Source: a virus. Taken from it: 64,000 bases of DNA. Location: IMG/VR virus record IMGVR_UViG_3300032332_001463, positions 370 to 64,369 of that record. One strand, given 5' to 3'. Of the stretch, positions 49,213 to 58,171 are shown piece after piece. The translations under genes were made by a program, and so were the position numbers. Numbering within the stretch: position 1 is the stretch's first letter; every line of letters starts with the position of its first letter. A model generated the notes under the pieces. It worked only from the letters and a program-made list of their open reading frames with translations. It searched no databases and was not told the origin of the DNA.

Positions 49213-50391
49213 ATGACACAACAACTATTGGAAAGCCGTTGGGGCGAAACTAAAGATGCCCTGCTGGAAGGCCTACAAGGGTCACGCCGCACATCAATGG
49301 CAGTGGTATTAGAAAACACACGCAAGCACTTGCAAGAAAATGCAACTCTAGGCGCAACACAAGCTAGCAACGTAGCAACACTTAACCGTGTTATTCTACC
49401 AGTTATCCGTCGTGTAATGCCAACAGTTATCGCTAACGAAATCATCGGCGTTCAGCCAATGACAGGACCTGTTGCACAGATCCACACTCTACGTGTTCGT
49501 TATGCTGAAAGCATGAATGACGGCAGCAGCTATGGCACCAACACAACAGCTGGTGACGAAGCACTGAGCCCATTCAAGATTGCAGTTGCTTACTCTGGCG
49601 ACTCTAGCACTGGTCGTGCAACTAGCACCAGCAGTCTAGAAGGCGTACCAGGTCGTAAGATCAACGTACAGATCATGAAACAAGTCGTCGAAGCCAAGAC
49701 ACGTAAAATGTCTGCTCGTTGGACTTTTGAAGCTGCTCAAGACGCACAAGCCATGCACGGTTTGGATGTTGAGGCAGAAATCATGGCTGCACTTGCACAA
49801 GAAATCACAGTTGAAATTGATCAAGAGATCCTAGGTTCTTTACGTGCCTTGGCTGCTCAAGAGTTCACTTATGACCAAGCCAATGTCAGCGGTACAGCTA
49901 CATTTGTTGGTGATGAGCATGCTGCTCTTGCAGTATTGATCAATCGTAGTGCCAACTTGATCGCACAACGTACACGTCGTGGCGCTGGTAACTGGGCTAT
50001 TGTAAGTCCAGCTGCATTGACAGTTCTACAAAGTGCTACTACCAGTGCCTTTGCACGTACCACAGAAGGTACATTCGAAGCACCTACAAACACCAAGTTT
50101 GTTGGTACATTGAACGGTGCAATGCGTATCTATGTTGACAGCTATGCCAATGACAGCACACCAGTATTGGTTGGCTACAAAGGTTCTAGCGAAGCAGACG
50201 CAGCAGCATTCTATTGCCCATACATTCCGTTGATGAGCAGTGGTGTTGTATTGGATCCAAACACATTTGAACCAGTCGTGGGCTTCATGACTCGTTATGG
50301 ATATGTTGAGTTGACCAACACAGCAAGTTCTCTAGGCAACGCAGGCGACTACGTTTCTGAGATCGCTGTTAGCAATCTATCGTTCTATTAA
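49213..50391 (+). CDS. gp23: major capsid protein (gp23-like)
   Basis: IGVQPMTGP, AKTRKMSARWT.EAAQD, EIDQEI, FYCPYIPL, FEP..GFMTRYG. Confidence 0.96.
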   Translation: MTQQLLESRWGETKDALLEGLQGSRRTSMAVVLENTRKHLQENATLGATQASNVATLNRVILPVIRRVMPTVIANEIIGVQPMTGPVAQIHTLRVRYAESMNDGSSYGTNTTAGDEALSPFKIAVAYSGDSSTGRATSTSSLEGVPGRKINVQIMKQVVEAKTRKMSARWTFEAAQDAQAMHGLDVEAEIMAALAQEITVEIDQEILGSLRALAAQEFTYDQANVSGTATFVGDEHAALAVLINRSANLIAQRTRRGAGNWAIVSPAALTVLQSATTSAFARTTEGTFEAPTNTKFVGTLNGAMRIYVDSYANDSTPVLVGYKGSSEADAAAFYCPYIPLMSSGVVLDPNTFEPVVGFMTRYGYVELTNTASSLGNAGDYVSEIAVSNLSFY

Positions 50392-50433
50392 TAGTAGGAC
50401 CAACTTTTTACCCTCGGGATGGGAAGTTACATT

Positions 50434-50456
50434 AAAGCGCCTTAGGGCGCTTTTTT
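50434..50456 (+). terminator. intrinsic terminator after major capsid gene
   Basis: AAAGCGCC-TTAG-GGCGCTTT followed by T run. Confidence 0.85.
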
Positions 50457-50500
50457 GTTGAAATTGAATAAATAATATTATAAACTTTAAAGGATTTATT

Positions 50501-50905
50501 ATGCCAGATTTAACAGGAACAGACTTCGCTAGAAACTACGAAAAAGCACAACCATCATCACAGTTTGGTACACGTGAACTATCGTATTTCCAGGTTGATA
50601 TGCGGACTAACGTTGAAAACAACTATCTAAATTCGGGTAGCTTATACGAGCAAGCGGTTAAAGCATTGCAACAACGCATTGAGCTTTATGCAGTTGGCGC
50701 TCCAGACGGAAATTGGTTTACAGTAATTGCGTCAGCAAACACTGCACCGTTTAACATTGATGCAGTAACCAAGCAACAAAATCAACACAATCAAGACCAA
50801 GATCGTGTAGCTGCTCTTGAAGAGATTGTTGATGCTGCATGCGGTTCTAGCTGTCGCGTATGGAATGGTGAACTAGTTGGCTACAGTATCGTTAACGATT
50901 GTTAA
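50501..50905 (+). CDS. hypothetical protein (possible capsid-associated)
   Basis: Own late motif ATAAATA 50468-74, SD AAGGA and terminator. Confidence 0.65.
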   Translation: MPDLTGTDFARNYEKAQPSSQFGTRELSYFQVDMRTNVENNYLNSGSLYEQAVKALQQRIELYAVGAPDGNWFTVIASANTAPFNIDAVTKQQNQHNQDQDRVAALEEIVDAACGSSCRVWNGELVGYSIVNDC

Positions 50906-50925
50906 TTGATAGTTATTCAAAAATC

Positions 50926-50952
50926 AAGCCTACTTTTATAGTAGGCTTTTTT
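50926..50952 (+). terminator. intrinsic terminator
   Basis: AAGCCTACT-TTTAT-AGTAGGCTT-TTTT. Confidence 0.85.
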
Positions 50953-50972
50953 ACGGCTGTTAAATACTGTAT

Positions 50973-51626
50973 ATGAAAATTAGACCAGCTGCCACTAGAG
51001 GATTTGTACCAACCAATCGGTTAGGCGAAGACAATTATCAAAGTTATCGTAGTTTTAGTTGCATGAATTATCGTGATCCCAAATATACCAATTGGGGCCC
51101 GGTGACAACAATTAATGATGATCGCACTCAACCGGGATTTATTACCAGCTGGCACGAACATCGTGGACTAGACATAATTAATTATGTCATTGCCGGTCAA
51201 TGTAGACATCGGGATAACATTGGCAATGACAACACAGCCTGTGCCGGGCAAATACAACATTTCTGGTGCGGCAACAGCATATGGCACGAGCTATCTAACG
51301 AAGGCACTGAGCCTAATAGATATCTACAGATATGGGTATATCCCAATACGATAGATTGGGATAGAACTCCCAAATACGATTTTATTGATCGCCAGCCTGG
51401 CTTTGCTCAGCTGCCAATTGTATTCAAAAACACTAGATTCAGTTGTTGGGCCGGTGTATTGGATCAAAATCTAAGAACAAATGATTTTAGTTACTTGTTG
51501 GTACTAGAAGGTAGTTGTACTGTTAACGATACAGTATTAAACGAGGGCGATGCAATAGAAATAGATCAGGTAAGTTTGGTAGTACCAATTGGTACGCCTC
51601 ATTTGCTGCTATTTGAATTAAATTAA
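50973..51626 (+). CDS. pirin-family bicupin protein
   Basis: SYRSFS...YRDP, INDD, WHEHRGLDIINYV..G...HRDNIGN, GQIQ, LQIW, LNEGDA. Confidence 0.85.
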   Translation: MKIRPAATRGFVPTNRLGEDNYQSYRSFSCMNYRDPKYTNWGPVTTINDDRTQPGFITSWHEHRGLDIINYVIAGQCRHRDNIGNDNTACAGQIQHFWCGNSIWHELSNEGTEPNRYLQIWVYPNTIDWDRTPKYDFIDRQPGFAQLPIVFKNTRFSCWAGVLDQNLRTNDFSYLLVLEGSCTVNDTVLNEGDAIEIDQVSLVVPIGTPHLLLFELN

Positions 51627-51640
51627 TAAATATCTAGTAC

Positions 51641-51699
51641 GACTCACATGGTGTGAGTTTTATGCGGAAATCCAACCGCGTACGGCCTAGAACGCCGTG
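51641..51699 (+). ncRNA. candidate cis-regulatory three-hairpin 5' leader
   Basis: Three adjacent stems between late motif 51626-32 and SD 51706-11. Confidence 0.55.
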
Positions 51700-51719
51700 T
51701 TTCACAAGGAGAAAATAAA

Positions 51720-53348
51720 ATGGGACGTCCTTTAAGTAAGAAATATTTTGGTAATCGCAATCCAGGCCTAGATGGTGACTTTGGCGCGCAAAATCAAGCA
51801 GGTGATGCAGGCCTAGGCGGTACCGGCATTGCCAGTATTGATGTGACATATCCAGGCGATGGATGGACAACACAGCCTACATACACTGTAGCAATTCCAA
51901 CTTTGCCCGATGGTATTCGTGCTGAAGTAGTACCACACTACCAGGCACTATCAGCAGCAACACTTACCAACGGTAAAGGTTACAACTATCACGACACATT
52001 TGCACTGCTGGGCACATATGGTCCAAACGGCCATGGCAATGGCCAACCAGGTTATGCAAATGCTACAGTGTCAGCTATCACAGCAGTTGGTGTGACCATG
52101 GTCACTGCTGGCGATCATTATGCTGATGGTGACATCTTGGAATATTGTACAGGCCAAGGCGCTAACGTAACTATTCGTGTTAATACTGTTGCCAGTGGCG
52201 TTGACGCACCTGCTGCAAGTTTGACCATCGTAAGTGGCGGTACACGTACAAGTGCAAAGCCAACCGGCACACTGGGATATCAAAATACCCTGGGCGGAAC
52301 TGGTGTTACATTTACACTTGATTGGGGTGTGTACAGCGTTGATGTTGCAGACCCAGGTACCGAAACTGGTGACTATACCACTTTCCCAACTAACCCAGTT
52401 ACGGCATATGGTACAGCGACCGCGTTCTTTACACCTGCAACATTTACATTGACATCGGGGCTAAGAAGTATTACTGTTACCAATCCCGGTACTGGATATG
52501 TTGTTGGATGGGATAGTAACTACATCTGGACTGCTGCAGAACCATTTGTTAACTTTTCTGGCACTGCTTATCAAGCACCTAACTATGATGTTCGTGCTCA
52601 GAGAAATAGTTATGCTGACGTTAATCGCGGCATTTTTGCCTATGGTTACCAAGCCGGAATGGGTCTTGACGACTCTGATGTAGTACTGCCAGTTGATATT
52701 ATCAAACAGCAGTCAAGTCGTCGCTACAAAGTGCGCGAGCGCAAGTGGAAACTATTGACAGCAGCCAATTATGGCACACTGACTGCAAACAATACCAGTG
52801 GTGCTTTTACAATTAGCACACCGCAACCGGCTGGTACATTTGTTGTGGGCGAACTGCTGGTAATCAATGGCACATTGGGTGGTATTGGCAGTTTTAACAA
52901 CTACTATCCTGGCAATGGGTTCCAAATTACAGCCACCAATGGAACCAGCACATTCACGCTAGAGCGCAATGGCAATCCAATCATTACAACAGCTGGGGCT
53001 ATCACTGGCGCAACACTAGCAAGCCAAACCGCGCACGATACTGTAATCGAGCGTTCGGCTCAATTGGTGGGACGTTGGCCTGCTGCACATGATGAAATTG
53101 CTATCATTGCAACAGATAGTAGCTATTCGTTGTACTTTGTTACCAAGCTGACTGCACGTCGTGCCTTGTTGGTACCAGTTGACTACTTCAACGACGAGTG
53201 GCATTTCCCTGCAAATGAACCCGGTGTATGGCCAGAGGGAGTATATCGTTCAGCAGGATGGACAATGAACCCGGCAGTGGTATTTGAAGCACACAATGGC
53301 GAAGAGAAGGTGTTGATTGGCAACTACGACATTTTCAGTGGACCTTAA
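51720..53348 (+). CDS. putative virion structural protein (Gly/Thr-rich)
   Basis: Starts MGRPLSKKYFG; NPGTGY-type beta motifs; late motif upstream, terminator downstream. Confidence 0.65.
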   Translation: MGRPLSKKYFGNRNPGLDGDFGAQNQAGDAGLGGTGIASIDVTYPGDGWTTQPTYTVAIPTLPDGIRAEVVPHYQALSAATLTNGKGYNYHDTFALLGTYGPNGHGNGQPGYANATVSAITAVGVTMVTAGDHYADGDILEYCTGQGANVTIRVNTVASGVDAPAASLTIVSGGTRTSAKPTGTLGYQNTLGGTGVTFTLDWGVYSVDVADPGTETGDYTTFPTNPVTAYGTATAFFTPATFTLTSGLRSITVTNPGTGYVVGWDSNYIWTAAEPFVNFSGTAYQAPNYDVRAQRNSYADVNRGIFAYGYQAGMGLDDSDVVLPVDIIKQQSSRRYKVRERKWKLLTAANYGTLTANNTSGAFTISTPQPAGTFVVGELLVINGTLGGIGSFNNYYPGNGFQITATNGTSTFTLERNGNPIITTAGAITGATLASQTAHDTVIERSAQLVGRWPAAHDEIAIIATDSSYSLYFVTKLTARRALLVPVDYFNDEWHFPANEPGVWPEGVYRSAGWTMNPAVVFEAHNGEEKVLIGNYDIFSGP

Positions 53349-53365
53349 CAGGCTCTAGCCCAACC

Positions 53366-53395
53366 AAAAATAGCTGCCGAGGCAGCTATTTTTTT
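53366..53395 (+). terminator. intrinsic terminator (possibly bidirectional)
   Basis: AAAAATAGCTGC-CGAG-GCAGCTATTTTTTT. Confidence 0.88.
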
Positions 53396-53409
53396 ATCTT
53401 TTTCTTTTG

Positions 53410-53417
53410 TATAAATA
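53410..53417 (+). promoter_or_regulatory. T4-like late promoter TATAAATA
   Basis: Exact consensus between the terminator and ATG 53439. Confidence 0.8.
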
Positions 53418-53438
53418 CTGTATACTTCAGGATAACCA

Positions 53439-54029
53439 ATGAGCACCGTAAAACGCACAGCCGGGGACTATAATCTCATTACAGTAGATGGTAGTGTTTA
53501 CGTAAACACCCAAAACTTTATCATTGACGGAAATTTGGTCGTCAAGCACAGCATCGCCAACATAGATGCCATCAACAACTATGTCTACCAAGATTTCATT
53601 ACCCTGCAGGCCGGAGAACCTGGCGGTCCCATTATTGATGCCGGTCTCTACGTAGATCGTGGCGATCCAAATCCACCAGCTGGCTTTCGTTGGCACGAAG
53701 CAGATTTGGTATGGCAGGTGAATGACACTGCGGGCTGGAAAGATCTAGCAGGCACTGTGCTGTACCAAGACAAGCATCCCAAATTGGGAGCCAACTTGGA
53801 TGTAAATGGATTTAGTATTTGGGACAGTCAGCACAACACTGTCACATTTGACAGCGTTATACGCATAGAGCAGATCACAAGCGACCCCACAGCCACCACA
53901 GGATATAGCACAATTTATGCCCGAGCCGCTGCGGATGGAAATACTGGCGTCTATGTCAGTAACGAGAAAAAAGTTGGTGAGGAGTTGATCACCAAGAAGA
54001 AAGCATTTCTTTACTCACTGATATTATAG
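53439..54029 (+). CDS. putative virion structural protein
   Basis: IDGNLVV, AGLYVDRG, PKLGANLDVNG fibre-type motifs. Confidence 0.6.
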   Translation: MSTVKRTAGDYNLITVDGSVYVNTQNFIIDGNLVVKHSIANIDAINNYVYQDFITLQAGEPGGPIIDAGLYVDRGDPNPPAGFRWHEADLVWQVNDTAGWKDLAGTVLYQDKHPKLGANLDVNGFSIWDSQHNTVTFDSVIRIEQITSDPTATTGYSTIYARAAADGNTGVYVSNEKKVGEELITKKKAFLYSLIL

Positions 54030-54037
54030 GAATCACA

Positions 54038-54346
54038 ATGGCATTAACCAACACCACATTAGACGTAACACCAGCTGCATTGTTTACCAGCACAGGTACA
54101 AATGCAGTTATTGTCATGTATCTATGCAACACCGGTGCAACACCAGCAGAATTTAGTTTATATGCAGTACCAGCTGGTGCCACAGCCAACGCCAGTACGG
54201 TAATTTATAGCCAAGTCAGTCTCACTGGCAGCGACACATATGTGCTTGATACTGAAAGACTGTTACTGGACAACGGCGACAGCGTCTGGGGATCAGCATC
54301 TGTTGCTGCCAACATTGTGGCAACAGTAAACACTATCGCGGTGTAA
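54038..54346 (+). CDS. small putative structural protein
   Basis: Beta-rich; YLCN, ERLLLDNGD; SD AGGA. Confidence 0.6.
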   Translation: MALTNTTLDVTPAALFTSTGTNAVIVMYLCNTGATPAEFSLYAVPAGATANASTVIYSQVSLTGSDTYVLDTERLLLDNGDSVWGSASVAANIVATVNTIAV

Positions 54347-54349
54347 CAC

Positions 54350-54772
54350 ATGGGAAGATATCTTAAAAATACGGAATTGCATAGTGGTAGTTACAGTATC
54401 AGAGCACCATACGGCTACAGTGCCATAGGGCACACCAGTCCGGTCACTGGCCTGTTTAGGCTAAATGGCGACACTGGTAAACTGGAATACTACTCGGGCA
54501 ATCGGTGGCGCATACTGGCCATTGAGGGCGCAAGTACCATCGTCAAAGACACCTATACCGGCGACGGATCTGCCACACAGTTTGGACCCATGTCGGTCAC
54601 TTATACCGCAGGGCAAGAAACACAGTTACTGGTGTTTATTGGCAACGTTTTTCAAAATCCCGGAGTGGCATTCACAGTGGCCGGAACCAACATCAATTTC
54701 ACCAGCCCACCAAACAATCTACAGCCCATTGTGGTATTACACGGATATGCCAGCACAGTAGTGGGTTTATAA
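54350..54772 (+). CDS. putative structural protein
   Basis: FRLN...LEYY, GDGSATQF, VFIGNVFQNP, INFTSPP. Confidence 0.6.
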   Translation: MGRYLKNTELHSGSYSIRAPYGYSAIGHTSPVTGLFRLNGDTGKLEYYSGNRWRILAIEGASTIVKDTYTGDGSATQFGPMSVTYTAGQETQLLVFIGNVFQNPGVAFTVAGTNINFTSPPNNLQPIVVLHGYASTVVGL

Positions 54773-54786
54773 TATAAAATCGTAAC

Positions 54787-55593
54787 ATGGCAATAGGACG
54801 CATATCCGGACCCATGCTGGTCATGAACCTTGAAAGACAGGGTTTAGATCTAAGCATAGATGGTAATTTAATTTACTTTGATGTAAATCAGCGGTACGTT
54901 GGTATCAACACTGATACGCCTGAGCATGCATTGGATGTGCGCGGAGTTGCTCAAGTCAGTAACCTTACAGTTAAAAGTGCCACCACCGGTAATATATATT
55001 CCTTACCCGAGGAACCAGGTGATCAAGGATATGTAATAGTATCTGCGGGCGGCGGGGTCACATCATGGCAACCGGGTGGTGTTCCACAAATTGAGAGAAA
55101 AAAATTCTCTTACTACATCAATGATTTGCCATCAGGAGGATTTGCTGTATTTGATATGAAAATTGGCATTGCCAATATTGTATACAATCTCACTGTGTCT
55201 AGGCCCTGCTTGGTAGAAGTGTTCAGCAATAAATACTACAATGATGCCAATCCTTATGCATTTTTGGCCACAGCAGATCACCTAACTGATGACGGCTCAG
55301 TGTTGCTAGATGACGGCAGTGTGATACAGCAAAGGCAATACAGCATATTTGCAAATCTTGAAGAACCGGCTGAACCAACTGTGTATGCTCGTGTCAGCAA
55401 CATTGATGGACTAGCAGGCAATGTCACCATGAACATGATGTATTTCAGTGCCATAACCGACAACAGTGCTGGCCTGTACACCATGAATGTGGTACACGCT
55501 CTGCCTCTTTATGGCTATGATGGGCAGACTGTGCTGCTGGATACCGACGGAAAATTGCGTGTTTGGTACGGCGGAAACTGGAATATAGTATAA
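54787..55593 (+). CDS. putative tail fibre-associated protein
   Basis: MAIGRISGPML..NL.RQG.DL, VGINTDTP..ALDVRG. Confidence 0.6.
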   Translation: MAIGRISGPMLVMNLERQGLDLSIDGNLIYFDVNQRYVGINTDTPEHALDVRGVAQVSNLTVKSATTGNIYSLPEEPGDQGYVIVSAGGGVTSWQPGGVPQIERKKFSYYINDLPSGGFAVFDMKIGIANIVYNLTVSRPCLVEVFSNKYYNDANPYAFLATADHLTDDGSVLLDDGSVIQQRQYSIFANLEEPAEPTVYARVSNIDGLAGNVTMNMMYFSAITDNSAGLYTMNVVHALPLYGYDGQTVLLDTDGKLRVWYGGNWNIV

Positions 55594-55652
55594 GTACAAG
55601 ATATGATAAATAATTTTATGAGTGTACACTTTAAACAAATTGGAGAATATGT

Positions 55653-58142
55653 ATGGCGCTAACTGGTAAGTTTTTCTCAACTGAAAGATCTGGGTTTTTA
55701 ACAGTATCTGACATGTTTTTGTCGATATATGCAGACATGACTGCAAATGGATTTGATGTCATTAATCTGTCAAATCCGGCACCCAGTAATCCAGCATTGA
55801 CATTTGGCTATGATACTGTAGCTGAACGCTATACCTCTAACGGTGCACCTGACCCAACTCCGCCTATACCATGGGCCTGGAAAGCCAATGTTAGGGTAGC
55901 TACAGCAATAACTCACTTTCCTGGTGAAAAGTTATTTATTAATCCAGCAGACGCACCCCCAGTATTGATCAATGGAATAGCGCAAGCCGAATCCTATGTC
56001 ATAGTTACCAAGACCAAAGATCCAGTTACTGGGTTGATATACGCGTCTAAAACGACCAGCAGCGGCAATACAGTACCGGCTGGAATCGTGGTAGAAGTAT
56101 CGGATGTGATGAACGGTGTTATTGGATTTACTGGCACCGATTATCCAACCTTTGAGGGTAATCTATCAATCAGTGATCCAGCAAGTCTTACAACTCTTGT
56201 TGCAGATACTCTTGATCCCACTATATACAACTATACCTTGTATCCAGAAGATCCAGCAAAACTGGGACATGCTAAAGTTACCACTCAAAGCGACGTAAGT
56301 GTTTGTTTTAGAACAGGCACGCCTGATTACTTTTCGTTTACACTAGAGTGTGGACCGGACATTGACCCAAATAACAATTTTGGCTCAGGCAACGCAGCAA
56401 ACCAACCATGGCGTGTACAGTTTGTAGTCAGTGGACCTCAACAAGCCCTGGGATCGGTAGCAGCACCATTGCAGATGGCATTTGATCCTGCCCTTGGTAG
56501 AGTGTCTATCGCCAAAGTGACTGATTCCACAGGTGCCGTTGTTGACAATGTGGGTAGCCTGGGAGCATGGGAACCGCTTGGTGTGTTTACAGCATCCGAT
56601 TTCCGCCAGGGATTTGTCAACAGAACTCAACGTGTGGCAGATCAAGCTAGAACATATCCGCTTAGTTATATTCTAACCATTGCTGAAAGAGGATTCTTTT
56701 TGGGCATATGGGAAGGTAACTGGAGTACGCAGTCAGCCAATGCTGGATATCCAAGCGATTATGCCAGTAACTTCTTCAACTGGGTCTTGGTACAACGCCC
56801 AGTGGATCGTAATACAGGTCGTGCATTGCTCACAGGTAAGTCACCAGTTTTTGCACTAAACGGTGTTGATTATATCTATTACAAAGCGATTGTTAGAGAA
56901 GCAGATGTTCTGCATCCCAGTGGCGGCCCTTCACTGCAAGGTGGCACTGGAAAAATGATCATACAGACAAAACCACCATATCAAGTATTTGGTGGTATAG
57001 ATACTGCTACCAATTTGAGTAGCAATTTCTTACAGGAACTTGAAATTGGAACTTCAATTTGGGACATCGGTACCAATCAATTGGTGGGTGTAATTGGCAG
57101 CATCTTCAACGAAGATACTGCATTCTTGGCAGGAAAACCGCCACAGTCTGCAATCAACCAATTAGATCTGGCCAACAGCAAACTAAATTTGACATCAAGC
57201 ATACTTACTTCTGATACTTCATTGCCAACAATTTCCAGCGGCACAGCTGGAACAGCCCTGGTAAACTTTAGATACATTGGACCAAATCAAACACCATATC
57301 GTATCTATGCTGATCGCCACAGTGATGGAAGTCACATGTTGTTTAACAGTCAGAATCAGGTATCGTTGACCGAGGACAAGACTTATCTGTTGACATTCCC
57401 ACACAATCTCACTACGCCAAGATTCCGCTACACTGAAGAATTGGACCTAATGGGAACCACCAGTAGTGACGTGGTGCGTACTGGACAAGATGTACAATTT
57501 GTTACCTACGGTGAGTGGGGTCCTAGAACCTATAGAGCCCTGCCTGGCAGCAATGTCAACAACACAGGCCTGCGTGTAGCAACATTATTCAAGCCACAAG
57601 GTCCAAAGTTCAAAGGCGTCCAAACCGGCACCGCCCTAGGGCTACCCACTGGATCGTACGATCCAGTAGCCAAGAATTGGGGAGATAAAGATCCAGTTAC
57701 TGGGATAATTCAAATCACATCTCAAAGTATCGGGCCACTCAACGGAAACTTGAGTGCAGTCAATGACGACACAATTACCCCTACTGGCGTAGTTGGACCA
57801 GTAATTGCAGGCCTGCCATGGGCACCAACTGGTATTCAGTTTGTTGGTGCAGCAATACCGCTACTTACTTCGGCCGATCCAGTGCATGGTACTAATTTAA
57901 CTTACGCTATAACTAGAAATCTGGCTCAAGTCAGTGGCCTTGGTATCAGCATTGATCCAGTTACTGGTATACTGGCCCTAGATCCGGCGCTAACCTTAGT
58001 AACAGGGTTAGCTAACAGTACTGGATATACACAAGATACAGTTATACCATTTACCGTAACTATCGGGAATGACCCAACTGATAATGAATCGCCCCCGGGC
58101 CAGAACAGCATAGATGTATACTTGTTATACAAACCAGTGTAA
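55653..58142 (+). CDS. putative virion structural protein, paralog A
   Basis: Late motif 55606-12, SD GGAG; shares motif series with 58172-60259. Confidence 0.65.
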   Translation: MALTGKFFSTERSGFLTVSDMFLSIYADMTANGFDVINLSNPAPSNPALTFGYDTVAERYTSNGAPDPTPPIPWAWKANVRVATAITHFPGEKLFINPADAPPVLINGIAQAESYVIVTKTKDPVTGLIYASKTTSSGNTVPAGIVVEVSDVMNGVIGFTGTDYPTFEGNLSISDPASLTTLVADTLDPTIYNYTLYPEDPAKLGHAKVTTQSDVSVCFRTGTPDYFSFTLECGPDIDPNNNFGSGNAANQPWRVQFVVSGPQQALGSVAAPLQMAFDPALGRVSIAKVTDSTGAVVDNVGSLGAWEPLGVFTASDFRQGFVNRTQRVADQARTYPLSYILTIAERGFFLGIWEGNWSTQSANAGYPSDYASNFFNWVLVQRPVDRNTGRALLTGKSPVFALNGVDYIYYKAIVREADVLHPSGGPSLQGGTGKMIIQTKPPYQVFGGIDTATNLSSNFLQELEIGTSIWDIGTNQLVGVIGSIFNEDTAFLAGKPPQSAINQLDLANSKLNLTSSILTSDTSLPTISSGTAGTALVNFRYIGPNQTPYRIYADRHSDGSHMLFNSQNQVSLTEDKTYLLTFPHNLTTPRFRYTEELDLMGTTSSDVVRTGQDVQFVTYGEWGPRTYRALPGSNVNNTGLRVATLFKPQGPKFKGVQTGTALGLPTGSYDPVAKNWGDKDPVTGIIQITSQSIGPLNGNLSAVNDDTITPTGVVGPVIAGLPWAPTGIQFVGAAIPLLTSADPVHGTNLTYAITRNLAQVSGLGISIDPVTGILALDPALTLVTGLANSTGYTQDTVIPFTVTIGNDPTDNESPPGQNSIDVYLLYKPV

Positions 58143-58171
58143 TATTTTAAAAAAGAACTAAGGAATTAAAA

